Positions 36,501 to 50,469 of a stretch of 64,000 bases of DNA are shown here, piece after piece; position 1 is the first letter of the stretch, and each line of letters begins with the position of its first letter. The DNA is taken from the NCBI GenBank assembly GCA_051362555.1, contig CM120648.1, positions 15,062,587 through 15,126,586 on the forward strand, given 5' to 3'. The notes beneath the pieces were generated by a model that was not told the DNA's origin, ran no database searches, and saw only the letters and a program-made list of their open reading frames with translations. The translations under genes were made by a program, and so were the position numbers. This stretch comes from Lingula anatina. Its lineage: Eukaryota; Animalia; Brachiopoda.

Positions 36501-39500
36501 ATTGACCCAAAATTTACGGAGATGAATGATGACCTGAAGGGTAACACTTACCAATTATATTATTGGTTAAGTCTGTTTAGTTTCTGAATATCACCGCAAA
36601 TAATTTTTTTCGTAAAAAAATTTGGCCCGTTTGACCTTGAAATAAAGGTCAAAGGTCAAACCCAAGGGCATATTTGAAATCTCCACATATGACTTTCGGT
36701 CGGTTGCCCTTACCGCCTAGGAGGAGAAGCGGTAACGGTAACATGGCGGCGGAACGATCCGGGTGGGACTAACACCATGACGTGTACCGCCAGCGCCTAC
36801 GCTGGTGGTACAATAACTCATAGAAATAAAATATGTTCTGTTTTACCACAAAAACGACAGTTATAGCTATTATTCTGATATCTGAGCTTGTATTTAGACC
36901 ACGTGACCTCCATTGATGGCTATACTCTGTTAAAATCTCTTTTTAGAAAAACACCAGGGACTAACTATGAATGTAAAAATTGATTCATTAACCAATGGTA
37001 AGTATGGGAAAATTGCTGTTTACTCCATGAAAATTAATTTTTTGGCCGAAACGAAGAGTTATTATCCCTTTAATATATAAGTACAAATAGACATTTATAT
37101 AAAAAACGAATGCACTTTACATAAAGCTGACATTTCCAGTGTTATCTGCTTGTATAATATGTATAATATCTACTCACAGCCCATCGAATGTGTAAATGTG
37201 AGGGTCATTGTTTGACGAACACTGCCTTATAAAATCTTCCTGTATGCGAATCTGTAAAACCAAATAGTACGTTTAGCTTGAAATTAAAACGAACGCCCAC
37301 GTGTGAAAAACGTCGAAATCATATTCAAACAAAGTGAAAGAAAATAAAACCAATTATTGGTCTCTGTACAGAGATACGATTCTGTGCACCTTAAAGATGC
37401 CTGTCAAACATTAATCTTGTCAAACACAAATGAAGGAAAGGGTAGTAAATGAAGCACATGCATGTATAAATCACATTAATCAGCATCGTGTTATCATTCA
37501 ATATTGCAATTATGTGAAAAAAATGACCTACCACCTACCGGGATTTTGGGTATCATGTAGCCGTCCCAGATGCTTATGCTTCTGTGTGGAAATATAGGGT
37601 GTTTATAAGACAGCATATGGAATGTTAAGTATCGAAATGGCCAATTCCCTTTCCAATTTTTTCCAATAAACACAGTGCTTATATTAAGACTTTTAGATCT
37701 TATTGGTAATTGCACTGCTGTATCATTTGTAAAGAAAGTGGCGGAACAGTCGCTTGTTCCTACACCTTCATCATTTATTTCATAAAGAAACTGAACTTGG
37801 GTATTATCCATGTGACTAGAACTTATTATTGGGAGAGTTGACTCCAGCTGTACTTTGATGTTTGATTGATTTCGTCTATCTAAGAGAATGGTGCTGACTT
37901 CCATCTGGCTTTCATAGTCCACGACCTATAATTGTTAAGAAATCTGTTTACTTTAGGAAACAATTATACCAGCATATCTACCTAAAATACCTATATCTAA
38001 CAGCACTACTGCTGACCTAACCACAACCATTGATGAATGTATTCATGTAGCATACAACATACAGCAAACATGTAATTCCCCCGACCGTTGAAATTTAAAT
38101 GTTTAAGGTTTCTGAGCAAAACATTTTAGTCTGGATGATTGGTGCTATTTACTGGCCAAATTGCTCAGAATGTGGAAAAAGCATGAAACTTGGCACAAAT
38201 GTTCTATTGACTATCTGATCATTTTCAAGGGTAGTGCCCAAAATTTCAAAGTGTTGCTTAGCAACCGTTGCTATGGAAGTGAATCCCATTAGAAACAAGC
38301 TAATTGGACCTTTCTTGTCCAGTTTAAATAATTTAGAAATGCTAATAATAATGTTTCAGGGCATCAGAACTATCAACAGACTATTTTAAGGTAATTAAAA
38401 CCCAAATTAACTTTAGCCACAGTTGCTAGGCAGCATATTGCCCTAGCAACAATGATTTAAAGTTGTGTTAGTCTATTATGAAAGGCAAATCTATAATACT
38501 AGCTAGGCACTACACTTTTGAGCAAGAAATTCTTACTTTAAATCGAGTAAGTTGAAACAATTGTTTGGCGTTTACACACATCCAGTCAAAAACATTGCCG
38601 CTGCAGATACTTAAAGCAGCATGTTCAAAGTTAGTTACCAGTGATTTCCATGTTTTATCACCTTACGACTCTTTATAAAACTTTGCAATTGTTAAGCCGT
38701 TAAAATCTCTCTTCCATGTGTAATATACAGTGCATTTTGCCCTTTGAGGTACATTGTCAGCCTCTACATCTGCTCCTAAATGCACAGCAGCAACTCTGGC
38801 TTCTGGCAAATGTGTCCACAAGTGTCCGTTGTTCCGCACAAGTTCAACCAGAGTGAGCACATGATATCTGATAGCATGGCACCCTAGTGCTGATTCAGAT
38901 ATGTTCATCTCGCAAGACTACTCTTCTTTTATATTGTTGTAGAGCAGCCTTGGTGGAACTAAGCTATGGCATCTAACGGCCTTTGGGTGTGAACAGAAAC
39001 GTTTGAACTTCATTAATTAACACAAAGAATTAAAATAAAACAATGAAGGTGTATTTAAGTAACTTGGTAGAGAATAGAAACTGACAAAAAACAATGTGAA
39101 AAAAACTTTTTAGAAAATATTGAAAAAAATGAAAAACATCTTAGACAGAAACCTTTCAATAATAGGAAAGTCAACAGTGGTTAAACATTTAGTATTTCTC
39201 ATCTTAGTGCATATATAAACTTTCCTGCCACCCCCCTCCCTCAATACTAAAAAATATGCATATAATATTAAACTTTATCAGGAATGGGAAAAGACACAAA
39301 ATTAAATGAGCAAGGATGGTGTCTGATTATAAAAATGGTACCGCAAATATTTTTTTACCACGGCCCTAATATTTACATGGCTTAAAAGACTTGAAGAAAA
39401 TAAGAGTAAGTGGAAAGTGTTTTTCTCGGTGAAATGTCAGGAATCGGTAGTAACAAAAGGTGGATTAAAATACTAAAAGCAACATCTAATCCATTTTGGC

Positions 39501-42500
39501 AAAGATCGTTGGTTCTTTGAGTGAAAATTATTCAGGAAAATCCCAATTTAACCCAGATGAAATCCTATCACAACCATTATGTCAAAACTCAAAAATTGAA
39601 AGAAATGAAAAATAATTTTCCATAAAAGATGGTGTTAAATGGTTTATTTTACATCAATGATATTATAAATGACATTTGAAATCCCCTCTCTCTAGAGGAA
39701 CTCAACAAAAAATCAACCTTAACACTAACTTTTTTGGCTAATTCAGTATCTAAAAGAGCTAAGCATCTAAATGGCTATCTCTTCCCATGGAAGGAAATTA
39801 CACATAGCATTCCAAGAAATAATTGACTCTATTAGACAAGTGACCAAACCATCCAGATATTTTTCACAAAAAATATCACCAGATAAAGGTGTAGGCGAAT
39901 GGCAGACAAATATAAAAAACTTGAGTACTGATAATTCGGAACTAACATTTAAGAAACAGATTACACGAAACTTAAGTCGCTCCAATTTAGAATAAATCAT
40001 AGAATATTCAATACTTATGCTTATCTTATGAATTTGTGAATTTTGCAATACTGCTAGGGAAAATATTCTCTACGTTTTTTGTGATTGCCCACATGTAAAA
40101 AATGTTTGGACGTGCATCATTTGCCCCACAAAGGTGTGTTTTTATTGATAGATCTCCTGAGATTTTTATCTTTGAGTTTTTGCAAGCATACACTATTTAT
40201 GTACCTATCTTAATAATTAAGAAACATGTAAGTATATGTAGAATGGGAGCAAAAAGATGGAGAGGAACTGGTGAAAATGTAAAATGAGATATCTGTATAT
40301 ATATTATTAAATACTTGTTGCTAGGGTAATATGCTGCCTAGCAACTGTTTCAATGTTTTACTTGGGCTTTTAATGGCTTAAAGTAGTATATTGATAGTTC
40401 TGATGGCTAGAAACATTATTAAAAGCATTTCTAATTATTTTAAACTGAACAAGAAAGGTCCAATTAGCTCGTTACCAAGGTAAATCACTTCCTTGGCAAC
40501 GGTTGCTAAGCAACACTTTGGAATTTTGGGCACTACTCTTGAAAATGATCACAATAGTTCAAAGAACATTTGTGCAAAGTTTCATGCTTTTCCCACCTTT
40601 TGAGCAATTTTTGCACCAATAATCTAAACTATTTGTTGGCCTCACAGTGTCAATTTTCTCCCTTTGAAAATTGGCAGACAGGCAAATAAAAACAGTGATT
40701 AAAATAAAAATGTAAAGCATTGAGGTACTCATTTTAGACAGTTTTACTTTAGTTTATTGATTATTGATACGTTTGTCACCTTTACTCCTGCGAAGACACT
40801 GTTTGAGCTGTGCCGAAAATTATGCATCCCAGAGGCTTTGTATTCCCTCCACCAGCCCTTTGCGCGGCATGAAATCTGGAAAAAAAACAAAAAGACGATC
40901 GGGCCACAATACAAGTTCATCTGCACCCACATCAGGTAATGATTGTTAATATGGATATGTCACGGGCCATATCCAAATCTAGTCCATTTCCTAATTGGCC
41001 CAGACCACGTCCTAATTAGGGCGTCGCCCAGACCACATCCCAGTTGGGTCGTTGCATTGTAAACAGGATAATAAGCATTGTAATTGACCAAGTAATTTAC
41101 AGGTAAGCTGGCAGTTTGTTTGTATGATATGTATAATTAAATAGGGGATGTCACAGATCAAAGGATAACACAAAAACAAAGGCGGCTAGCTTCGTATTTA
41201 ACATCCTTTACTTAGTGTTATGCCAGTTATTACCTTTAAAAGTATCATCCACGAATACATTTTACAAACCACATATAATGAATGCAACTTCTTTTCACTT
41301 TCCACACCTGTAAGTGTCATTATATATGTCTTGATCTATGACATCCCCTATTAAATTACAAATCTCATACAAACAAACTGGCAGCTCGCCCTTAAATTAC
41401 TTACAATTTACATGCTTATTATGATTTTAAAGGACAACTCAGTGGGTTAGATTAATGTATAGAAGCAGGTTCTATGTAAAACTTTGATCAGATTTGTGTT
41501 TTGGGAGATTGTTTATTATTATATGAATAAGTCTGGGTCACAAAAGTCCTGTTAAGACAACTAGAATAAAGAATTAGAAAACGAAAACTATTTATCATGA
41601 TTTCGGAGCACAGCCAGAAGAACTTCCGGCTCAAGGTCACGACCTCGATTTTCCCACGCTTACGACCAATCACAGCAGGCTTCAGTCAGCATGAGATAGA
41701 CGTCACGACTACACAGCGAAACTTGTCAGACATGTAAGTGTCGCCTGTCCATCTTTTCGGTACATGTACCGATCAAAAACAGAAAACGTAAAGCCCAAAA
41801 CGCTCTTATACACGTAACCAACTTTGTATGAGCACAAATATTGTCATTTATTGTGAACAGGATAATATGATAATCAGACACACTTGAGACCTGTGAAGCG
41901 CATACTCACGTGTCGAGGAGTAGTTTCGCCATTGCCTCGTATGTGAGTCCTAACTCAGCTTTAGGTGTCCTCCACCGCCCCACCTCCCTCCCAACATACA
42001 CAGTCTGAGTGCTTCTTCGTCTGTCTCTAATTTTCTTTCGTATCTTTCGAACTGGAGTGGCTATTTTCTTTCGCCCCCTTTTGTCGCTCTCCTGTTCAGA
42101 CTTGACGCGCGTCTGAGCCATGTTTGCTGTTTTGGCGCCAAATAGTAACATCCGGGTCTCAGCCGTAGTACTTCATTCATAGTAAACCGCGAGACTTAGC
42201 GAGAACTTGCGCGTTCTGAAGCCGTACTGTGAGGTGGTAGCTGAGTATTTAAGACGAGTCGTCTTTTATTATTTAATGGAACTTAAAAACGGTATTAGGT
42301 AGCTTCATTTTCTGAACGGTTTTGGATAGGATATACCTTGGTCATTATGGGGAAATTGGTGAGTTTTCCAGGAAAATTCATTTTCGTGCTATTTTAAGGG
42401 TTTAACGCGCTGAGACTGTCTTTAACAATACAAAGACCCAGCTGGGATGTGGTCTGGGCGACATCCTAATAGGGACGTAGGACGTAGGAAGTGGATTAGA

Positions 42501-45341
42501 CTGGGATCTGGCATGTGACATGTGCTTTATATTAGCTTGTGTACACATATGATATTGGCTGCTTTTGTAGCGGTAGACATGGTTTGGCATTTTTTGTGTT
42601 CATTTTGTGTCTTGATATGAGTTTTTTCCAGCAAACTTACATGTTTTCCAAGGTTGTTTCGGAGAGTCCAGATATCAAATTTAGCTTTAAACTTAGTGGT
42701 ATGATCGGTCGTTGCATTCTGTGTGACGACACCATCCAACATAAACTGTACGAAGAACACTGCAGACTCTGGGTCGGTTGTGTCATTAAAGGATATCTCG
42801 CAGTTAATTAATATTTCCTTAGCGTCCACCTTTATTTCAGAAACTTGTGGATCTTTAAGCATTTCAGGATACCGAGCTTACAGCAAAATAAAAAAAAATG
42901 CATTTAGGTAAGGAAATGTACGATTATGCCATTAGATGATAATTTACCAATAGCACGTGCACTGGCGTATGTTACACATCCTTCAAACATATATTTTGAC
43001 ATTAAAAACAGACAAAAGAGCAAAAAAGCAATCAGAAATATAAATAGGTCTGAGAGTGACTGCAAGTTCTCAAGGTCTAGAAAACGGTTGACTACATGTT
43101 TTGCGACTTTTAGTAAGGTCTTCGACCGTGTCTGGAAAAAAGTACTGCTCTTTAAACTACTTAAACCAGTTCCACACAAACATAAGATCAATATATGAAG
43201 TCCAGAAAATTGGTCTGTTAAAACGCTACAAGAAAAAAATTAAAAGGCAAACGTTTCATTCTCCATATCTGCGAAAAATACGCGATTTGATCATATTGTT
43301 CAAACGGATTCAACAGAAGCAACGGATCGCGGCGATGAAATGAGAATAATATATTGGGAGTGATATTGGAGAGGTAATGTAAGCAGCTTCTGAACCTTGA
43401 GAACCATCCATATCCGGAAATCAAACTCGTTATGGGGAAGATTTCGATTCCTTGCCGTTCACACCAACCTTAAGCAGAGACATTGTACAAGGTAAGGATA
43501 TCAATCTTGCAAGATTATTTAATCCCTATTTTACTCCTGCAAAAAAGATCCACGAAGCAAGAGCATCGCCTCAAAAGACTATTGATTATTGGGGAGTTCA
43601 TACAAGCTTTCAGAATTTACAAAAAAGTTAGTTGTGAGTCCTTTCCAAACAGGCAGACTGAACTAGACTTACACAAACGATATAGCATAGATAAACCAGT
43701 GAAATATGCAGGCCATGGTTTTTATGTGGAAATTAACGTTGTTAAAGGGACTCTTACCGATTTAGACGCTTATATAGCTTAAAATGGAGTTTCCCTGAAA
43801 CTCCTATTAACTCCTTAACCCCAAGGCATACAGTTGAGAAAATAAAAATTAAGGATCACTTAAAGAAAAAGAAAGCGCAGCACCTTTTTGATTAAACTGC
43901 TTGCCATCACTCCCCTACGCGTGGAAAAGCTTTCACGTATTACCTTATTCGGATTCAAAGCGAGCATACTGATTGCAGTACCTGATGGTAGTAAATTTTT
44001 ATTCTTCGTTGGCGTTTTCAAAAGTTGACTTCATGGGGAGTAGTTCGCAAACATTGAGTAGATTAACCTCGCCTGAAGTGAGCTGTATTTGAATGTAGAG
44101 AGGTCAGCATTAAATGAATGACACTATGAGCGATTAGTATTATAGAAGTGCTGTAGTGTTAGCTCGTGAAACAACAGATGTAGATGTCACAGGCAAGATT
44201 GAAATCCAGGCGAGATTCATATCCAGGTCACAGCTACATATATCACATCCCAAATATAGCCATATATATATATATATATATATATATCATCACAAATGTA
44301 TATTATACATGTACATCTCTAAAATACCTCCCATTTCTGTCAACCCTATGGATATATTCAAGCACTCCTCGACGGACATCAGTCAATATGTTCCCTCTGA
44401 CAGTTCTATTATAGTATTTGTGTTCAGCCTCAAACCAAAGTCGACAATACCATGGTATGTATTTTTCTACGGGTTCGCATGCCGCTGATATTACTTTTAC
44501 TTCTCTGCCTCTTACTCGTGGATCATAAAATGCAGAGAACACGCACAACCCAGAATCTGGATTTGAATCTCGTCTGGATTTCAATCTTGCCTGTGACATA
44601 GACATAAATTTGTCAGAAAATGTTGATGCCCAGCAAATTTACACTTGCTCGCTAGTATGACCACTAAATGGATTAAACCTGCATTTCACTCTGTAGAAAG
44701 AGGAGTTCTAAAATAGGCCAGAAGAGTTCTAAAATAGGCAAGATTTGCAAGCGTGTGCTAAAAGTCCCTTTTTCAAAATGGAAAAGATAAAAATGACACA
44801 GGAGGAAAAGGAATAATTAGATTACCATGATCTATTCAGTGCTCTTATGTCTGGCGTTGACATAACAGATAGTGGGTGCAACTAATTACACAAAAATGCA
44901 ATGAAGTATTTAAAATCAATGTTTTGTTTTAAGGTATACTAAGCAGCAAAGCGAGCACGCAAAATCATGGATGGTAGTAAGACCTCAAGATGTTACATAA
45001 ACAATTAGCACCAATAAAGGTACGTCATCCAGTCTGACAAACCAGGAATTTGACATGAATTACAAGTACACATTTCTTAGCAGCTATGGTGCAGGTGGAA
45101 CCATGAGACTCAAGGCGCCTTGGACCAAAATCTGGCATATATACATACATGTATATAAGTAATGGAAAACATGTAGAATATACTGAACGGTGGTATTTGT
45201 TATGTAATGTGTTTCAGTAACGTTATATCGTGTTTATTTCCCACTGTATATGTTTATATATGTTTACGAAATGCTATGTGATGATTAATATTACTGATAT
45301 TATTGACAATATTTTGTACGATACTTTTCTATGCCTAAAAA

Positions 45342-45387
<46 letters not shown>

Positions 45388-47212
45388 CAAGAAAATTAAT
45401 TAAAAAAAAGTAGAAAATAAAAAGATAAGAGACGTGCGTGCGCAGCACAAAGTGCATGCACTCCTACTGACGATTCTGACATCTGCACGATACTAGCCAA
45501 TACTGTCAGTAAGTATAAAAATCGTCAATATAGGAGTGCTAGAACGCATATGTAGTCCGTGCTAGGTTGTTCGTGCACATCAAGGTGTCAAAATGGGGCT
45601 CAGAAAGCAGACGAGCAAACAAAGTAACAGTCGTTCATTACTACCCGACCAAAAAGGTCTGATTCAACTGACACGAAAAAATCAGTCTGTAATTATATCA
45701 CCGATAGTCCAAATTACTCATTTGGTGTATCGGCATTGAGAATTACGGTATCAAGCACTGCTGACACGCAGGCTACACTCTCCGTCGTAAATATTTCCAA
45801 GCCATTCGTTGATTTTCTGGACTATTTTAACCGATAAGTTGAATGAATTCTTTCAATGCTTCAGTGCACAGACATGTTTAGACCCAGTTCTTCTGTATGA
45901 CGGGCGGACTCTGCGTTTAGTGATAGCAGTCATGCGACGTAGGGTTCGGTTAAATGCAGGGTCCGGGGGACCCTGTATATTATATCCAATACCCATGATA
46001 CAGGGTCCGGAACCCGTTATTTCAGAAACCAGAAACCTACGGACCCCTGGTTTCTGAAATAACGGGTCCCGGACTTTCTGTCATGGGGGACCTTCTGGTA
46101 CATGACACCGGGCCCAGATATTTTAAAACTAAATTCCATTTGCCAGACCTGTAAGTTTAATATGACATATTACAGGTATATAACATTTGACATATGACAT
46201 ACTTTGATCTATAACATCCACAATTCTTCAATTAAAATTACAAACAAACTGGCAGCCCACCTGTAAATTACTTGACCAACAAACATGCTCAAAATGGTTT
46301 TAACAATGCAAAAATCTGGCCTAGTCCAGCATGTAACTGGGTTATGGCCCGTGCTATATTCAGTTAGTTCATGAAAAAATTGGTGTTTTAACAACCCAGA
46401 GACAGTAGCATACAACTCTGGCACAGTAAGGTATCATAAGAAAACCTTTTTAGCTCATTTTGAGAAAGAAAAACGCAATAATTGAATTCAAGATAAAGAA
46501 AAACGTCAAACAGTAACCAGATGTTAAATCAGCAGTCACAATTTGCACATTGAAACATGACGCCATGTCAAGGATAAACCAACGCAATTTTAAAAAAGAA
46601 AACACCAAAATTGCTACACTGGAGTTAAAAAGGACGGAAAACACATTTTATAAACTGCCCGTATATACTTCATTCAGAACTTTTTCAAGTAGTGCAAAGT
46701 GGTAAATGGCATTTTACATATTTAAACAATGACAAATTCTCCTTTCACCCCTGGCAAGTAAAACGGCAATTTATGCGCCTCAATGTTCGTAAGGCGTCTG
46801 GACCAGATGGAATTTCACCTCGTGTTCTCAAACTCTGTGCTGACCAACTTGCGTACGTCTTTACTGTCATCTACAATTGGTCTCTACAAATCCGCAAAGT
46901 ACCATTGCTCTGGAAGACGGCGTATATCATCCCGGTACCAAAATCCAACCGAGTTACCAGCTTAAACGATCTTAGACCCGTGGCTCTGACTCCGGTGCCC
47001 ATGAAAATTTTAGAGAAATTGGTTTTAAATTTTATTAAAGAAATTGTGCCGAAAACCTTGGACCCACTGCAATTCGCTTATCGATCTAACAGAAATGTTG
47101 AAGATGCAGTTAATTTGTGCCTACACACTGTACTACAACATTTAGATAACAAAAACTCTTATGCAAGGATTTTATTTATTGACTACAGTTCAGCTTTTAA
47201 CACAATTGTGCC

Positions 47213-47243
<31 letters not shown>

Positions 47244-50200
47244 ATATTTGAAACTTTTAAACCATCTTAAGCTACCTGTTTTTATTTGTGACTGGATTTT
47301 AGACTTTCTTTTAGATAGAAGACAATCTGTTAAAGTCGGCTCCTTTAACTCAAAAATAACAGTCTTAAATACCGGTGCACCACAGGGATGCGTCCTTTCA
47401 ACTTGTCTTTACTCCCTTTTTACCTATGATTGCACTAGTGTAAGCGACGGGACTTTTCTCATGAAATTTGCGGATGATACTACATGTACGCTTGTGGGGC
47501 TAGTCACTGATAATGACGAGAGTACATATAGAGAATCTGTTGAGTCGGTGTTAAGCTGGTGCGAGAGTAATGATCTTATCTTGAACGTAGCTAAAACCAA
47601 AGAAATGATAGTGGATTTTAGAAGGAATCAGAATGTAAAGGTGCCACTCACCATTGGTAATGTTGAAGTTAGTAGGGTAGAGGAATTTAAACTACTTGGC
47701 ATACACCTTAACAGTAAATTGAATTGGAAAGATAACACCGCAAAGAGTGTAAAGAAGGCAGGGCAAAGACTGTATTTTTTAAGATCATTGAGAACTTTTA
47801 CTGATAGCGTGCCTATTTTAGTCAATTTTTACAGGTGTGTAATTGAAAGCATTCTAGCGTACGGAATTATAATATGGTATAGCGGAACAGCTGGGGAGGA
47901 AAGGAAGAAATTAGCAAACGTTGTAAAAACTGCAAGCAGGATTATCGGTCAGGATCTCCCCAAGCTGGATGATGTTTTTAAGGACAGGATGGAGAAAAGA
48001 ATTGTCAACACCATGAAAGACTCTTTCCATCCTGCATCTTCTCTTTTTACTTTTTTACCAAGCAACAGTAGACTTTTAACTTTTAAAGGCAGTAAACGCT
48101 TTTTAAACAGCTTTTTATCCAAGTGCAGTGACGCATTTTAATTTGATTTCAAAACTAAATTCTTAATTTATTTATTTATTGTATTATTTTATTATTTTAC
48201 TATGTATATTGCTCCAATGGAAAATGATTTCCGATTTTTATAATTGGCTAAATAAACTCTTATCTTATCTTTGTAATGAACAACCCGACCGAGGCGGCGA
48301 TACTATCTTATGCCAAATACCTCGCTTTTGTGAAAAGAGAATGTGCTGCATCTTCCTCTTAGTAGTGCCTATCATTATAGATAATACCTGTAAACATTAA
48401 GGTTCATTCCACGTGTTAGAAAACAGGCTCGTTCATAATTCGTTTCTACACATTGGTCATGTTTACTTTGCTCATAGCATGACTCGACATTAAGATCGCA
48501 CGTAACTTTTGATTATGAAATACTGGACACGTATTTGCAATAATGATGCATATCTACATTTGCAAGTTTGTTTATATTTACCAGTGTAAAGGTTTTCTAA
48601 TTCATTATTGGTAGGCCTACTATATAGGGCCTATATCTGCACATTTTCACTAGCTCAGTCTGATGTAAAAAGTACGAATAAAATATCTATTTATTATTCA
48701 GTTTCCCAACCATTAACTTCGTGAAAAACTGATGAAAATAATAAAACAAGTAGATTGTACTTCTTTTTGCTACATGCACAAACATCGTACAAAGCTCGTC
48801 TTTCAAGCATTCGATGCATATATATAGAGACAAGAATCGTGATGCCAAAATATTTTTCTGACTTCTCCCGAATATTCTTCTTTAAAATAGTTTTCCTGGT
48901 GTATTCGGTATGTCTGAGCACTTGGAACATACGTTTTTGGTTCTTTTTGATATTTTCAAACCACATATAAATTTTACGTAACTTAAATCAACTTATACTG
49001 GTAGGTACTGTTCACAATATTGAAAACTTCGCACATGCAGTCTGTCCGCCGATCTGGCATATCAATGCGTACATGTAAGCGGTGATCATTACAAAAACAC
49101 CTACGCGCTTGCACAAAATAGTCCGCGACGTGTGTTTCGCGCCATGTTTGCAAAAATCCGTAGTTGTTATGTAAATCCATAAAACTCTGTGAATAACTTA
49201 TTATTTCGCTTGAAACTTTCAAGGAATAAAATTTAGAACTTGATGTAAACGCACAATGTAAAATGAACATTTCAATTTCGACGAAAGCCTTGTATCAGTT
49301 GTCTAAAAATAGCACACGCATTTTTCTCAAGCAGATCGTGTTATTTTGTACCCTAAAATGAAACAATTGTAGAAAAAATGGTCAAACTTACTTTGTTGAT
49401 ATTATAACGATTTATACAACCATATATGCTGGAATTTAGCCAAAAAGAATAAAAAATTTGTACAACCGTCCTTTTTTTGTGAAATCCCTATTTTAGTGCG
49501 AATTATGTAGGTCACTTGAAACTGGGACTGTCACGTTGCACGGAGCAAGTGACTGGAGAGCGTTTTTCTCGGTAAATCTTGCATTTCGGTTGAAAAAAAT
49601 TGAATGTTCAGCTTTTCAAGTGTATATTTATAGTATGCAATGTGTCACTGTCATAGTGAGAGTTGTTATGGAAAATAATACGCGAAAAAACGACATCGGT
49701 GCTGGAGATCAACCATGTTGCCATAACATATAGTGTAGCCTATATAGTTTTAGAATGGAAAAATCTGCCTTTCAAGTTACATAGCTTTGGGTTTGCCAAC
49801 TAAAAGGTAAGTCTTTTTTTTTAATTCACTTTCATATAAGCGCCGAAATGTATAGAAATGATTTTGGAGTTACCTAGCTCCCTTCGCATAGTTCAGATGC
49901 ACTTGTTGACGTTCGGTGCAGTACTAGTGAATGTTACATTTTGTTGCAAAGTTACAGTTGCACTTTGTTTACATAAAATGTGTACTTGCGTACCTTTATC
50001 CGTTGTATTTCCTTATGGAGTTGGAATCTAGACCTTTTCCAAAATAGGGTGTGTGTTCAGCATTACAAGTGTACTAAAGGTCTTTCTTGGGCAGTTTCCA
50101 AAGTTGTTTTACATTATAAGTTTAAATATAATGATTTTTTAACAATTTTTCCAATTTATCTGAAATTGTTGGTATTAAAATAAAAGTCTTCAAATTCAAT

Positions 50201-50401
50201 AAGTTTTTGAAAAATAGTTTGTGAAGGCACAGCCACACTTTATGACCAATGCACACTTTATGACCTATGCATTGTGCTTTTTCAGTTTTAGTGAAATGCT
50301 GACAGCATACCTATCCCTGCCTAAGCTATAGCATGATAATGGACTATATGGCATGAAATGATGAAAAGATACCAGTTAGACAAAGCAAAAGGTAATTAAG
50401 T

Positions 50402-50469
<68 letters not shown>

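Larger units (their letters stand above)
27013..36815 (+). mobile_element. Helentron-like satellite-bearing element, copy 2, expanded by five nested insertions
   Basis: 27013-27134, 31484-32595, 35175-35521 and 35899-36815 are colinear with 6358-8030 and end in the same 3' hairpin (gtaccgccagcg-ccta-cgctggtggtacaataa). Confidence 0.8.
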
